The notes below the pieces were generated by a model. The model had not been told where the DNA came from, ran no database searches, and was given only the letters and a program-made list of their open reading frames with translations. Below, one piece after another: positions 37,801 to 47,810 of a stretch of DNA of 64,000 bases. Position numbers and translations under genes: made by a program. The DNA comes from Mayamaea pseudoterrestris. Taxonomy: Eukaryota. Positions within the stretch are counted from its first letter, which is position 1. Every line of letters starts with the position of its first letter. The stretch spans positions 744,001 through 808,000 of the forward strand of contig BROI01000011.1 of NCBI GenBank assembly GCA_027923505.1, in the 5' to 3' direction.

Positions 37801-40800
37801 GCAAGGTTCCAAGCGCTCAACCAGTGGATGCTCCCAGTGCCTTGCCGAGCAAGGTGCCAAGCGCCCAACCAGCTGTGAATGCTCCCAGTGCCTTGCCGAG
37901 CAAGGTGCCAAGCGCCCAACCAGCTGTGAATGCTCCCAGTGCCTTGCCGAGCAAGGTGCCAAGCGCTCAACCAGCTGTGAATGCTCCCAGTGCCTTGCCG
38001 AGCAAGGTTCCAAGCGCTCAACCAGCTGTGAATGCTCCCAGTGCCTTGCCGAGCAAGGTGCCAAGCGCTCAACCAGCTGTGAATGCTCCCAGTGCCTTGC
38101 CGAGCAAGGTGCCAAGCGCTCAACCAGTGAATGCTCCCAGTGCCTTGCCGAGCAAGGTGCCAAGCGCTCAACCAGCTGTGAATGCTCCCAGTGCCTTGCC
38201 GAGCAAGGTGCCAAGCGCTCAACCAGCTGTGAATGCTCCCAGTGCCTTGCCGAGCAAGGTGCCAAGCGCTCAACCAGCTGTGAATGCTCCCAGTGCCTTG
38301 CCGAGCAAGGTGCCAAGCGCCCAACCAGCTGTGAATGCTCCCAGTGCCTTGCCGAGCAAGGTGCCAAGCGCCCAACCAGCTGTGAATGCTCCCAGTGCCT
38401 TGCCGAGCCAACCAGCTGTGAATGCTCCCAGTGCCTTGCCGAGCAAGGTGCCAAGCGCCCAACCAGCTGTGAATGCTCCCAGTGCCTTGCCGAGCAAGGT
38501 GCCAAGCGCCCAACCAGCTGTGAATGCTCCCAGTGCCTTGCCGAGCAAGGTGCCAAGTGCCCAACCAGCTGTGAATGCTCCCAGTGCCTTGCCGAGCAAG
38601 GTGCCAAGCGCCCAACCAGCTGATAATGCTCCCAGTGCCTTGCCGAGCAAGGTTCCAAGCGCTCAACAGCTGTGAATGCTCCCAGTGCCTTGCCGAGCAA
38701 GGTGCCAAGCGCCCAACCAGCTGTGAATGCTCCCAGTGCCTTGCCGAGCAAGGTGCCAAGCGCTCAACCAGCTGTGAATGCTCCCAGTGCCTTGCCGAGC
38801 AAGGTGCCAAGCGCTCAACCAGCTGTGAATGCTCCCAGTGCCTTGCCGAGCAAGGTGCCAAGTGCTCAACCAGCTGTGAATGCTCCCAGTGCCTTGCCGA
38901 GCAAGGTGCCAAGTGCCCAACCAGCTGTGAATGCTCCCAGTGCCTTGCCTAGCAAGGTGCCAAGTGCTCAACCAGCTGTGAATGCTCCCAGTGCCTTGCC
39001 GAGCAAGGTGCCAAGCACCCAACCTGCTGTGAATGCTCCCAGTGCCTTGCCGAGCAAGGTGCCAAGCGCCCAACCAGCTGTGAATGCTCCCAGTGCCTTG
39101 CCGAGCAAGCGCCCAACCGCAGCTGTGAATGCTCCCAGTGCCTTGCCGAGCAAGGTGCCAAGCGCCCAACCAGCTGTGAATGCTCCCAGTGCCTTGCCGA
39201 GCAAGGTGCCAAGCGCCCAACCAGCTGTGAATGCTCCCAGTGCCTTGCCGAGCAAGGTGCCAAGCGCCCAACCTGCTGTGAATGCTCCCAGTGCCTTGCC
39301 GAGCAAGGTGCCAAGCGCCCAACCAGCTGTGAATGCTCCCAGTGCCTTGCCGAGCAAGGTTCCAAGCGCTCAACCAGTGAATGCTCCCAGTGCCTTGCCA
39401 AGCAAGGTGCCAAGCGCCCAACCTGCTGTGAATGCTCCCAGTGCCTTGCCGAGCAAGGTGCCAAGTGCTCAACCAGCTGTGAATGCTCCCAGTGCCTTGC
39501 CGAGCAAGGTGCCAAGCGCCAACAGCTAAGTGAATGCTCCCAGTGCCTTGCCGAGCAAGGTGCCAAGCGCTCAACCAGCTGTGAATGCTCCCAGTGCCTT
39601 GCCGAGCAAGGTGCCAAGCGCTCAACCAGTGAATGCTCCCAGTGCCTTGCCGAGCAAGGTTCCAAGCGCCCAACCAGCTGTGAATGCTCCCAGTGCCTTG
39701 CCGAGCAAGGCTCCAAGCGCTCAACCAGTGAATGCTCCCAGTGCCTTGCCGAGCAAGGTTCCAAGCGCTCAACCAGTGAATGCTCCCAGTGCCTTGCCGA
39801 GCAAGGTGCCAAGCACCCAACCTGCTGTGAATGCTCCCAGTGCCTTGCCGAGCAAGGTGCCAAGCGCTCAACCAGCTGTGAATGCTCCCAGTGCCTTGCC
39901 GAGCAAGGTGCCAAGCGCTCAACCAGTGAATGCTCCCAGTGCCTTGCCGAGCAAGGTTCCAAGCGCTCAACCAGTGAATGCTCCCAGTGCCTTGCCGAGC
40001 AAGGTGCCAAGCGCCCAACCAGCTGTGAATGCTCCCAGTGCCTTGCCGAGCAAGGTGCCAAGCGCCCAACCAGCTGTGAATGCTCCCAGTGCCTTGCCGA
40101 GCAAGGTGCCAAGCGCCCAACCAGCTGTGAATGCTCCCAGTGCCTTGCCGAGCAAGGTGCCAAGCGCCCAACCAGCTGTGAATGCTCCCAGTGCCTTGCC
40201 GAGCAAGGTTCCAAGCGCTCAACCAGCTGTGAATGCTCCCAGTGCCTTGCCGAGCAAGGTTCCAAGCGCCCAACCAGCTGTGAATGCTCCCAGTGCCTTG
40301 CCGAGCAAGGTGCCAAGCGCCCAACCAGCTGTGAATGCTCCCAGTGCCTTGCCGAGCAAGGTGCCAAGCGCCCACCCCGCTGTGAATGCTCCCAGTGCCT
40401 TGCCGAGCAAGGTGCCAAGCGCCCAACCAGCTGTGAATGCTCCCAGTGCCTTGCCGAGCAAGGTGCCAAGCGCCCAACCAGCTGTGAATGCTCCCAGTGC
40501 CTTGCCGAGCAAGGTGCCAAGCGCCCAACCAGCTGTGAATGCTCCCAGTGCCTTGCCGAGCAAGGTGCCAAGCGCCCAACCAGCTGTGAATGCTCCCAGT
40601 GCCTTGCCGAGCAAGGTGCCAAGCGCCCAACCAGCTGTGAATGCTCCCAGTGCCTTGCCGAGCAAGGTGCCAAGCGCTCAACCAGCTGTGAATGCTCCCA
40701 GTGCCTTGCCAAGCAAGGTGCCAAGCGCCCAACCTGCTGTGAATGCTCCCAGTGCCTTGCCGAGCAAGGTTCCAAGCGCTCAACCAGCTGTGAATGCTCC

Positions 40801-43500
40801 CAGTGCCTTGCCGAGCAAGGTGCCAAGCGCCCAACCAGCTGTGAATGCTCCCAGTGCCTTGCCGAGCAAGGTGCCAAGCGCCCAACCAGCTGTGAATGCT
40901 CCCAGTGCCTTGCCGAGCAAGGTGCCAAGCGCCCAACCCGCTGTGAATGCTCCCAGTGCCTTGCCGAGCAAGGTGCCAAGCGCCCAACCAGCTGTGAATG
41001 CTCCCAGTGCCTTGCCAAGCAAGGTGCCAAGCGCCCAACCTGCTGTGAATGCTCCCAGTGCCTTGCCGAGCAAGGTGCCAAGCGCCCAACCTGCTGTGAA
41101 TGCTCCCAGTGCCTTGCCGAGCAAGGTGCCAAGCGCCCAACCTGCTGTGAATGCTCCCAGTGCCTTGCCGAGCAAGGTGCCAAGCGCCCAACCAGCTGTG
41201 AATGCTCCCAGTGCCTTGCCGAGCAAGGTGCCAAGCGCCCAACCGGCTGTGAATGCTCCCAGTGCCTTGCCGAGCAAGGTGCCAAGCGCCCAACCTCAGC
41301 TGTGAATGCTCCCAGTGCCTTGCCGAGCAAGGTGCCAAGCGCCCAACCAGCTGTGAATGCTCCCAGTGCCTTGCCGAGCAAGGTGCCAAGCGCCCAACCA
41401 GCTGTGAATGCTCCCAGTGCCTTGCCGAGCAAGGTGCCAAGCGCCCAACCAGCTGTGAATGCTCCCAGTGCCTTGCCGAGCAAGGTGCCAAGCGCCCCAC
41501 CAGCTGTGAATGCTCCCAGTGCCTTGCCAAGCAAGGTGCCAAGCGCCCAACCAGCTGTGAATGCTCCCAGTGCCTTGCCGAGCAAGGTGCCAAGCGCCCA
41601 ACCAGCTGTGAATGCTCCCAGTGCCTTGCCAAGCAAGGTGCCAAGCGCCCAACCAGCTGTGAATGCTCCCAGTGCCTTGCCGAGCAAGGTGCCAAGCGCC
41701 CAACCAGCTGTGAATGCTCCCAGTGCCTTGCCAAGCAAGGTGCCAAGTGCCCAACCAGCTGTGAATGCTCCCAGTGCCTTGCCGAGCAAGGTGCCAAGCG
41801 CCCAACCAGCTGTGAATGCTCCCAGTGCCTTGCCGAGCAAGGTGCCAAGCGCCCAACCAGCTGTGAATGCTCCCAGTGCCTTGCCGAGCAAGGTGCCAAG
41901 CGCCCAACCTGCTGTGAATGCTCCCAGTGCCTTGCGCAGCGCACTCCCAGTGCCTTGCCAAGCAAGGTGCCAAGCACCGCCAGCCCAACTTCCCAGTGCC
42001 GCAAGGTGCCAGTGCCCTCAACCAGCTGTGAATGCTCCCAGTGCCTTGCCGAGCAAGGTGCCAAGCGCCCAACCAGCTGTGAATGCTCCCAGTGCCTTGC
42101 CGAGCAAGGTGCCAAGCGCCCAACCAGCTGTGAATGCTCCCAGTGCCTTGCCAAGCAAGGTGCCAAGCACTACACCAGCAGCCAACACACCCAGTGCCTT
42201 GCCAAGCAAGCTGCCAAGCACTACACCAGCAGCCAACATTCCCAGTGCCCTGCCAAGCAAGCTGCCAAGCACTCAACCAGCAGCCAACACTCCCAGTGCC
42301 TTGCCAAGCAAGCTGCCAAGCACTCAACCAGCAGCCACACCCAGTGCCTTGCCAAGCAAGCTGCCAAGCACTGCACCAAGTTTATTTCCAAGTTCTGCTC
42401 CAATGCAATCTCCCAGCTTAGGACCCATTCAGCCATCTAGGCGTCCGTCACTTAATGACATGACAATGAATATGAACATGGGAGGAATGGGAAAGCGAAA
42501 CCCAACGAAAGCGCCCACACTTGTAATTCCTAGTCTGGCGCCAATTGCTCAACCAACAAGGAGACCAACGAGGCGGCCAATTACAAACATGATGAATTTG
42601 AACATGCGAATGAATGGAATGATGAGTATGGGGATGGGAATGAAGATGGTTGGTATGCTTAAAGGTATCAAAGGAAGTAAGAGTGTCGCAGTAAAAGGTC
42701 CAAAAGGAGGAATGATGAATAACGATAATAGCATGAAAGGCATTAAAGGAGGCATGGGTGGTAATTGGAAGGATGCTAAAAAGGCCATGAATGGCGGCTC
42801 ACAGAGTTTGAAAGGCGGCGTGAACAGCCAGTTAAATCGCTTCGTGGGGGGTGTTAAAGGCCCTATGAAGGTCACCAAAGTAGTCAAACGAGCAGAAATG
42901 AAGGGAAAAGCAACAAAAGGGTCCAAAGCAACTGCTGCCACGTTGGTGAAACGCGATGGCAAAGGCATGAAGCGAATTGTGTATACAAAACGACGCTCTC
43001 GAGTAGGTATGGCTCCTCATTCCATGTCTTCAAATCGTGGTATGAACACCCGAAAAGCAAATAAGGACATTCTGTTCTTCGTGACGGCTTTCTTACCCAG
43101 GGTGTCGCTAGCGAGCAAAGAAACTGTTCCTACCAGCGATACAGCCGCATTCCCCCCGCGTCTAGCATCGCCTGTGTTCGACAACGGTATTGGTAAACCT
43201 GACAAGGTACCCATCAGATCTGTAAATCCAGCTACCATAGCGGAAACGTCCGCAAGGCCGGAAAGAAGGTCATCAATGGCTTTAACCACCGTGTCGGAAA
43301 GTACTATTGATGGATATCGCTCCATACTTTTCGCGCTCGCATTGGTGCTATGTTTTCTGGGCGTGTTGCTTATGTACACAAGTTGGCGTTACAAGAATAA
43401 ACTTCGTGGAAAGCACCAACTATCTAAGCAGGCTCCTGGTGAACGAGGCCAACCGCTTATAAGTGCAGCGATTGAAAACATATACATGACAGAAAGGTAG
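34884..43500 (+). CDS. Giant (~2,900 aa) mucin/extensin-like type-I membrane protein; frame interrupted within the repeat array
   Basis: Signal peptide (MKSSYMLITTLICVANA), ~240-aa N-domain, KRRLQ, Pro/Ser repeat stalk, Met/Gly/Lys-rich region, TM SILFALALVLCFLGVLLMYTSW, short tail. Breaks at ~38667, ~39527 (TAA) and ~41296. Confidence 0.75.
35664..42380 (+). repeat. Coding minisatellite of 48/51-bp units, ~6.7 kb (~135 units)
   Basis: Same unit as above. 48-bp PVD units give way to 51-bp PAVN units, then degenerate KLPSTTPAANTP units. Unit count estimated from array length. Confidence 0.97.
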
Positions 43501-43879
43501 TGTTGTTGCTGAATGTAAAATATTGTAAACAGTAATAAATGTTATAATGCACACTTGGATAGTGACATGTTGAAGTGCAAATGGGCCATTCAGTAGTGTC
43601 AGGCAACGACTCCAAAAAGCTGTAACTCCTAGTAGCTAAAGAGTGGACTTTACTGAAAATGATGTTATGAATTATACAAGTCACTTCGCAAACGATTTCT
43701 ATAAGTTGCCTGATCATGGGAGAATGCGTGAGGTCAAAGATAAAGGGTCGTTTACGCTATTTTGGTGATACGGTGTGAGACAAAGATTTGTTTTCGCGCA
43801 CCATAACTTCACACAACACGTCCATGTTGTTTAGTCTGTAAAATCTATGCAGTAACGTGGGGAGCAGCCAACGTCATGT

Positions 43880-44860
43880 TCTGTAGTAGCACTCTTTCTT
43901 GCGCGCTCCAAAGCAGTTGCTATCGCATCGGACATCGTCGGGTCCAACCATTCTGGTTCATGCAGCCCCTTTTCTAGTAACAACGCTCGGTTAAACATCC
44001 CCTCTGGCTAGGCGCGATGCCGGACCCGACCTTGGCAAAACGCTTAGCGCCCGTAACGTTCATTCCCGACAAAAGCCCTAACGCCAGTCTGTCCTTCTTG
44101 AAAAAGCGCGAAGCATACGTACATTGCGTCATACGTAAAATCAGGTGTAATACTTTGTAACTGCAAGTAACGTGAGCTTGTCCAATACCCTTGGTAATGG
44201 AGCGCCCTTCATTGGCAAGCTCCCTTCATTGGCAAGCTCCCTTTTCTAAAATAGCGAGCAATGCATCTCCCTGTGGATTGATGTGAGCAATTTTGACATG
44301 AGAGTGATGCTAGCGAAATACAAGGCGCAGTGCCGCCTGTTCCATTTGTGCAACTAAACCCATCGGTCTTGAAAAGCTGCTGTGCTATATCCGCTGCCGA
44401 CATTTCGTAATGCGCTCTTCAGTTGTCGAGTTAAAATTCATCGAAATGATTGGCTCAGACGCCGTCTTCGATATGGTCCGCAAGTCTACCACTAGTTTTC
44501 ACGAAATTGTTGGCATTTGAATATGGCCATGGACCGACTTCCATAAGCGTTGCTTCAGCCTGGCGTAGAGAATCCTTCTATTCCGGTGACTGGTAGCTTG
44601 TTGCTTGGTCTGTGCTGACAACGACGCACTTGTAGCCTTTTAAATAGGCTATAGTTCCAGCCCAATCCCCGTATTATCGGCCGTACCATCTACAATCGTT
44701 GGACCAGGCTTGAGTAGTCCGTCTCGCACAAGTCCCTGATAAGGATTGACACTGCCGCCTATGTTCATGCGTTCGGCTTGCCGTAACTCTTGCAGCCACT
44801 TCTCTTACTCGGTCGCCACATGTAGATTCATGGCTTAATACCAACGGCATTGACAAGCTA
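43880..44860 (-). pseudogene. Decayed cysteine synthase (O-acetylserine sulfhydrylase, CysK-like) pseudogene
   Basis: Hand translation across frameshifts gives, in order: LVNAVG..SGCKSYGK, ERMNIGGSV, GLLKPGPTIVDGTADNTGIGL, GYKCVVV, QSPE*KDSLRQA, PYSNANNFVKTSGRLA, GV*ANHFD, RAHYE, DGFSCTNGTGGT, EGRSITKGIGQAHVT, LALGLLSGMNVTGA, MFNRALLLEKGL..PEWL. Confidence 0.85.
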
Positions 44861-45116
44861 TCGTAAACAGGGGCAACAGCATGAGTGTCTTCGACATGGC
44901 TCCATAAACCGTTCATGCATCAGCATGCATCGGCGGATCCGAGGCGTCGAACAAGCGATGCAGTTGCAAGTTTCGTACCGGTAAAAATTAAAAGATTCAA
45001 ATCGTCTTAGCGTTACTCAGTCTGGCGCACTTTTGGCTTGGATTTCTCGCGCTCGCAATGGCCAAGGGCTGTGGCTGCTCCCTGCTGCCGTAGACGACAG
45101 CTTCATACTCCTCACC

Positions 45117-46026
45117 ATGCTGCTCTGGATACCTCAGAATACGTGCCAGCATCACAATGGTGACGACGATGAAAAGTCGACCAAAGTGCAGCGACAAGCT
45201 CGAGTCCGCACCATTCGAACGACGCTCGCCTGCTTTGGTGCCTCCGTCATGGTTTTCTTGGTCATGATTCTGCAGCTCCGTCTGTACAAGTCGGAGAATG
45301 GAGCATATGAGCCAAACTTGCGTCGGAGGCGACTCCCATACAATAGCATTTATCGACTCTCAGTCATGGATGCGCAAGGACAAAGTACATCGTTGGAACG
45401 CTTTGCCGGCATGGTGACACTGGTGGTCAACGCTGCTTGCTTATGAGGCAAGACGGACGTGAGCTTTACGCAGTTACAGCAACTGCAGGATCAATATGCA
45501 AATGATGGGTTTTCAGTCTTGGCGTTTCCTACTAATGATTATCAACAAGAGCTTGCAAGCAATGCAGAAGTTGCTGCCTTTGTCAAGGAGCATTATCCAG
45601 GTTCGTCGTTATGCACACGTTATGCTCCTACGACCAAAAAATACTTGAGGATCCATTCTCACCTTTCTTTTGCTCGCTCATAACTTCATAGAAACGACAT
45701 TTCCGATCTTTGGACTTGGCCCTCTTTCCAGGAATCCAGTCTACTCGCTGCTTAGCAAGCAATTAGACTTGCCAGAAGCAGAATCTCGCGTCCGTCACAA
45801 CTTTTACAAGTATTTGGTCGACAGGAATGGTGTTGGTAAGTGTATTGATAATTGTATAGCGCAATGTTTTTGATATGTATGGAGAAGTGTTTGCGTCTCT
45901 CATCTACTCTACATCTGCTTCACCTTCACGCTCGCAGCCGTCAAACTTTACAACAAAAAGCAAGATCCCCTGTCCATCAAGGGTGCTATTGAAAAACTTT
46001 TAAAGCAAACAGTTGCTGCCTTATAG
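45117..46026 (+). CDS. GPX: Selenocysteine-containing glutathione peroxidase with N-terminal membrane anchor, 3 exons
   Basis: Exons 45117-45600, 45692-45835, 45938-46026. In-frame TGA at 45444-45446 sits in VTLVVNAACL-U-GKT (canonical NVASxUGxT). Also GFSVLAFPTNDYQQE, FPIF, HNFYKYLVDRNG and DPLSIKGAIEKLL. Confidence 0.9.
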
Positions 46027-46059
46027 ACTGCAACGAATAGGTTTTCTTTCCGACTAAAA

Positions 46060-46151
46060 GCCAGATGGCCATTCAAGAATGACAGTTTCAGAATCGGCTA
46101 CGTCAATATTCGAATGGTAGTCGTTTTGGAGCTTGAAATATCGGGTCGGCC
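46060..46151 (+). promoter_or_regulatory. Candidate SECIS element in the GPx 3' UTR
   Basis: AUGA at 46079-46082. AGUUUCAG (46084-91) pairs with UUGGAGCU (46126-33). AA at 46092-93. Upper stem CGGCUAC/GUAGUCG. 3' UGAA at 46134-37 completes the G.A/A.G quartet. Confidence 0.7.
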
Positions 46152-46193
46152 GCATTAACAAACAATGTTATATTAAATTACACACCTTTGCCA

Positions 46194-46886
46194 TTACTCC
46201 TTGCCGTACGCCAGCGTTAGCTTGTCGTTTGCCGTCAACTGAAAGCCTTGCAAGGCTTCCAGCGCTACAGTCGCACTCGCTGACGAATCAAACTCAACAA
46301 ACGCCATGCCTTCGCGCGGCATGCGCACCTCTTGAAATCCCTGGTATTGTCGGAAAAGCATGCTGAGCATGAGTTGGTTGCATTCGGTTGGAAGATCCGT
46401 CGCCAAGAGGTACTTGGAGGGCGGAGCAGCGGGCGACGACGGATCGGCTGCTGCTGCTGCTGTCGCTGATTCAGCTTCATTTGCATGCGATTCTTCGTCT
46501 TGCTTTAGCTTCTTGGCCTTTGGGGCGGCGTCGTTATCGTCGTCGGAGCCATCGTCTTGAGCTGCACCCGACGGCGATGCAGCAACATTTTTCTTGGCAG
46601 CCTTTTGGTTCGACAAATGCTTCGTCTTATCTCTGGCATACTCAATGACCATGTCCTTGTCAAAGAAATTGAATCCTTGTTCGGCTTGCAGACAGGCTGT
46701 TGCTGCTTGTACGGAATCCATCACCACCCAAGCCTGCCCGCGCAAGCCGTCGCGCCGCAAAACGAGCACCTCGAGAACCTTGCCATGACGCGTACACAAT
46801 GAGTAGAGTGCGCGCCGCAGTAGCGGTTTCTTGATCTTCCAGTCGATATTCTTGAAGTAAAGGGTATTGTTCGGTTCATTTATCAT
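46194..46886 (-). CDS. U1A / U2B'' spliceosomal snRNP protein (two RRMs)
   Basis: EPNNTLYFKNID.KIKK..LRRALYSL, LRGQAWVV, QGFNFFDKDMVIEYAR. Second RRM PPSKYLLATDLP..LSMLFRQYQGF..AFVEF. Confidence 0.92.
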   Translation of the reverse strand: MINEPNNTLYFKNIDWKIKKPLLRRALYSLCTRHGKVLEVLVLRRDGLRGQAWVVMDSVQAATACLQAEQGFNFFDKDMVIEYARDKTKHLSNQKAAKKNVAASPSGAAQDDGSDDDNDAAPKAKKLKQDEESHANEAESATAAAAADPSSPAAPPSKYLLATDLPTECNQLMLSMLFRQYQGFQEVRMPREGMAFVEFDSSASATVALEALQGFQLTANDKLTLAYGKE

Positions 46887-47129
46887 AATGGAATCTGGTG
46901 TTCAATAAGTCAGAAAGTAGATTGATGCAGTGAAGTTGTGGCGTTCATCGTGTGGCTAGAACGTGTGTCTCATCGGTTCTTGGTGTGACAGCGCCGCGCT
47001 GGCGCGCCTTTTTTGCTCCACCATGAATGGTTCGTTACTTTCGCTGCTTTCCACGCGCATTTGAATGGTAAAATCAGCAGCCTCTGGTCCAAATTAGCAA
47101 TCTACCGTCACATCCAATCACTTGTGTGT

Positions 47130-47810
47130 ATGGCTATCGCAGAATTAGCTGGAGGAGATGCCATGGACCTGGATGATGTTGATGTTGCACCATCATCCTT
47201 CTTGAATCAATCACAGTCGCATCTGTCCACCATGCAGCAACAAGACGTTGATCGCGTCTTTGAACAACTGTTTGGCTACAAGTGGGGAACACAGTTCGAT
47301 CTCGGAGTACCTGAAACGCGGCAAGAGATCCTGCTGTGTCGAATGCTAGGCAAGCGCGCTGCGGCGACGGTTCTCCACACAAAGAGCAAAAGCAAACGTG
47401 TGAAACGAATTTCTGCAGCTTCTGAAAAACCTTCGAGTCCGATAGTGAGACCTCCGCTAGAAGAGACTTTACTTTTGCCAAGAGCAGCAACTGGTCCAAC
47501 AGCTTTGAATAGAATTGAACCCGTTGAAATCGCAGCAATTGCAGCGGCGCCAATAGTGGCAACGAGCGGAAATGTCGACAGCGTTCTCAAGGCGCTTGAG
47601 GAAGGCCAAGGCACGTCTACTATCGCAAAAACGAGCGCTGATTGGGAAGTATTCAAGGACCAGACTGGTTTGGGCGACAAACTTGAAGAAAAAGCTGAAG
47701 GAAAGGACGCCTTTCTCAATCGACAAGCATTTTTGACGCGTGTCGATCATCGAACGTTTGAACTTGAGCGTAAGGATCGAGACAAGGAGCGAACGAAGCG
47801 AGGCACATGA
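47130..47810 (+). CDS. BCNT-C domain protein (CFDP1/Swc5-like)
   Basis: C-terminus STIAKTSADWEVFKDQTGLGDKLE...DAFLNRQAFLTRVDHRTFELER is the BCNT-C signature. Confidence 0.88.
   Translation: MAIAELAGGDAMDLDDVDVAPSSFLNQSQSHLSTMQQQDVDRVFEQLFGYKWGTQFDLGVPETRQEILLCRMLGKRAAATVLHTKSKSKRVKRISAASEKPSSPIVRPPLEETLLLPRAATGPTALNRIEPVEIAAIAAAPIVATSGNVDSVLKALEEGQGTSTIAKTSADWEVFKDQTGLGDKLEEKAEGKDAFLNRQAFLTRVDHRTFELERKDRDKERTKRGT

Larger units (their letters stand above)
18235..38226. repeat. Direct tandem duplication of a 9,996-bp block (18235-28230 and 28231-38226)
   Basis: Every ORF recurs at +9996 with identical translation. Junction ...gctcaaccag|gaagcgaagg at 28230/28231 with 1-nt (g) ambiguity. Confidence 0.97.

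Noticed and set aside
18235..38226. Transposon-mediated duplication
   Set aside because: No terminal inverted repeats, LTRs, target-site duplication or transposase/RT ORF seen at the boundaries or elsewhere in the window.
25668..42380. CRISPR-like or telomeric/centromeric array
   Set aside because: No unique spacers and no cas genes. The units are contiguous and lie inside a coding frame.
25644..42440. Very long antisense and alternative-frame ORFs (LARQGTGSIHW, CSARHWEH, LPVPCRAR, CECSQCLAEQG repeats)
   Set aside because: The 48/51-bp unit is a multiple of 3 and happens to lack stops in most frames. Only the APSALPSKVPSAQP frame connects to a signal peptide and TM, and unit variants are mostly synonymous in that frame.
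44209..44916. ORF-track peptides 44209-44403 and 44674-44916 as independent genes, or stops there as an alternative genetic code
   Set aside because: They are pieces of the cysteine synthase pseudogene. All three stop types plus frameshifts occur, which indicates decay rather than recoding.
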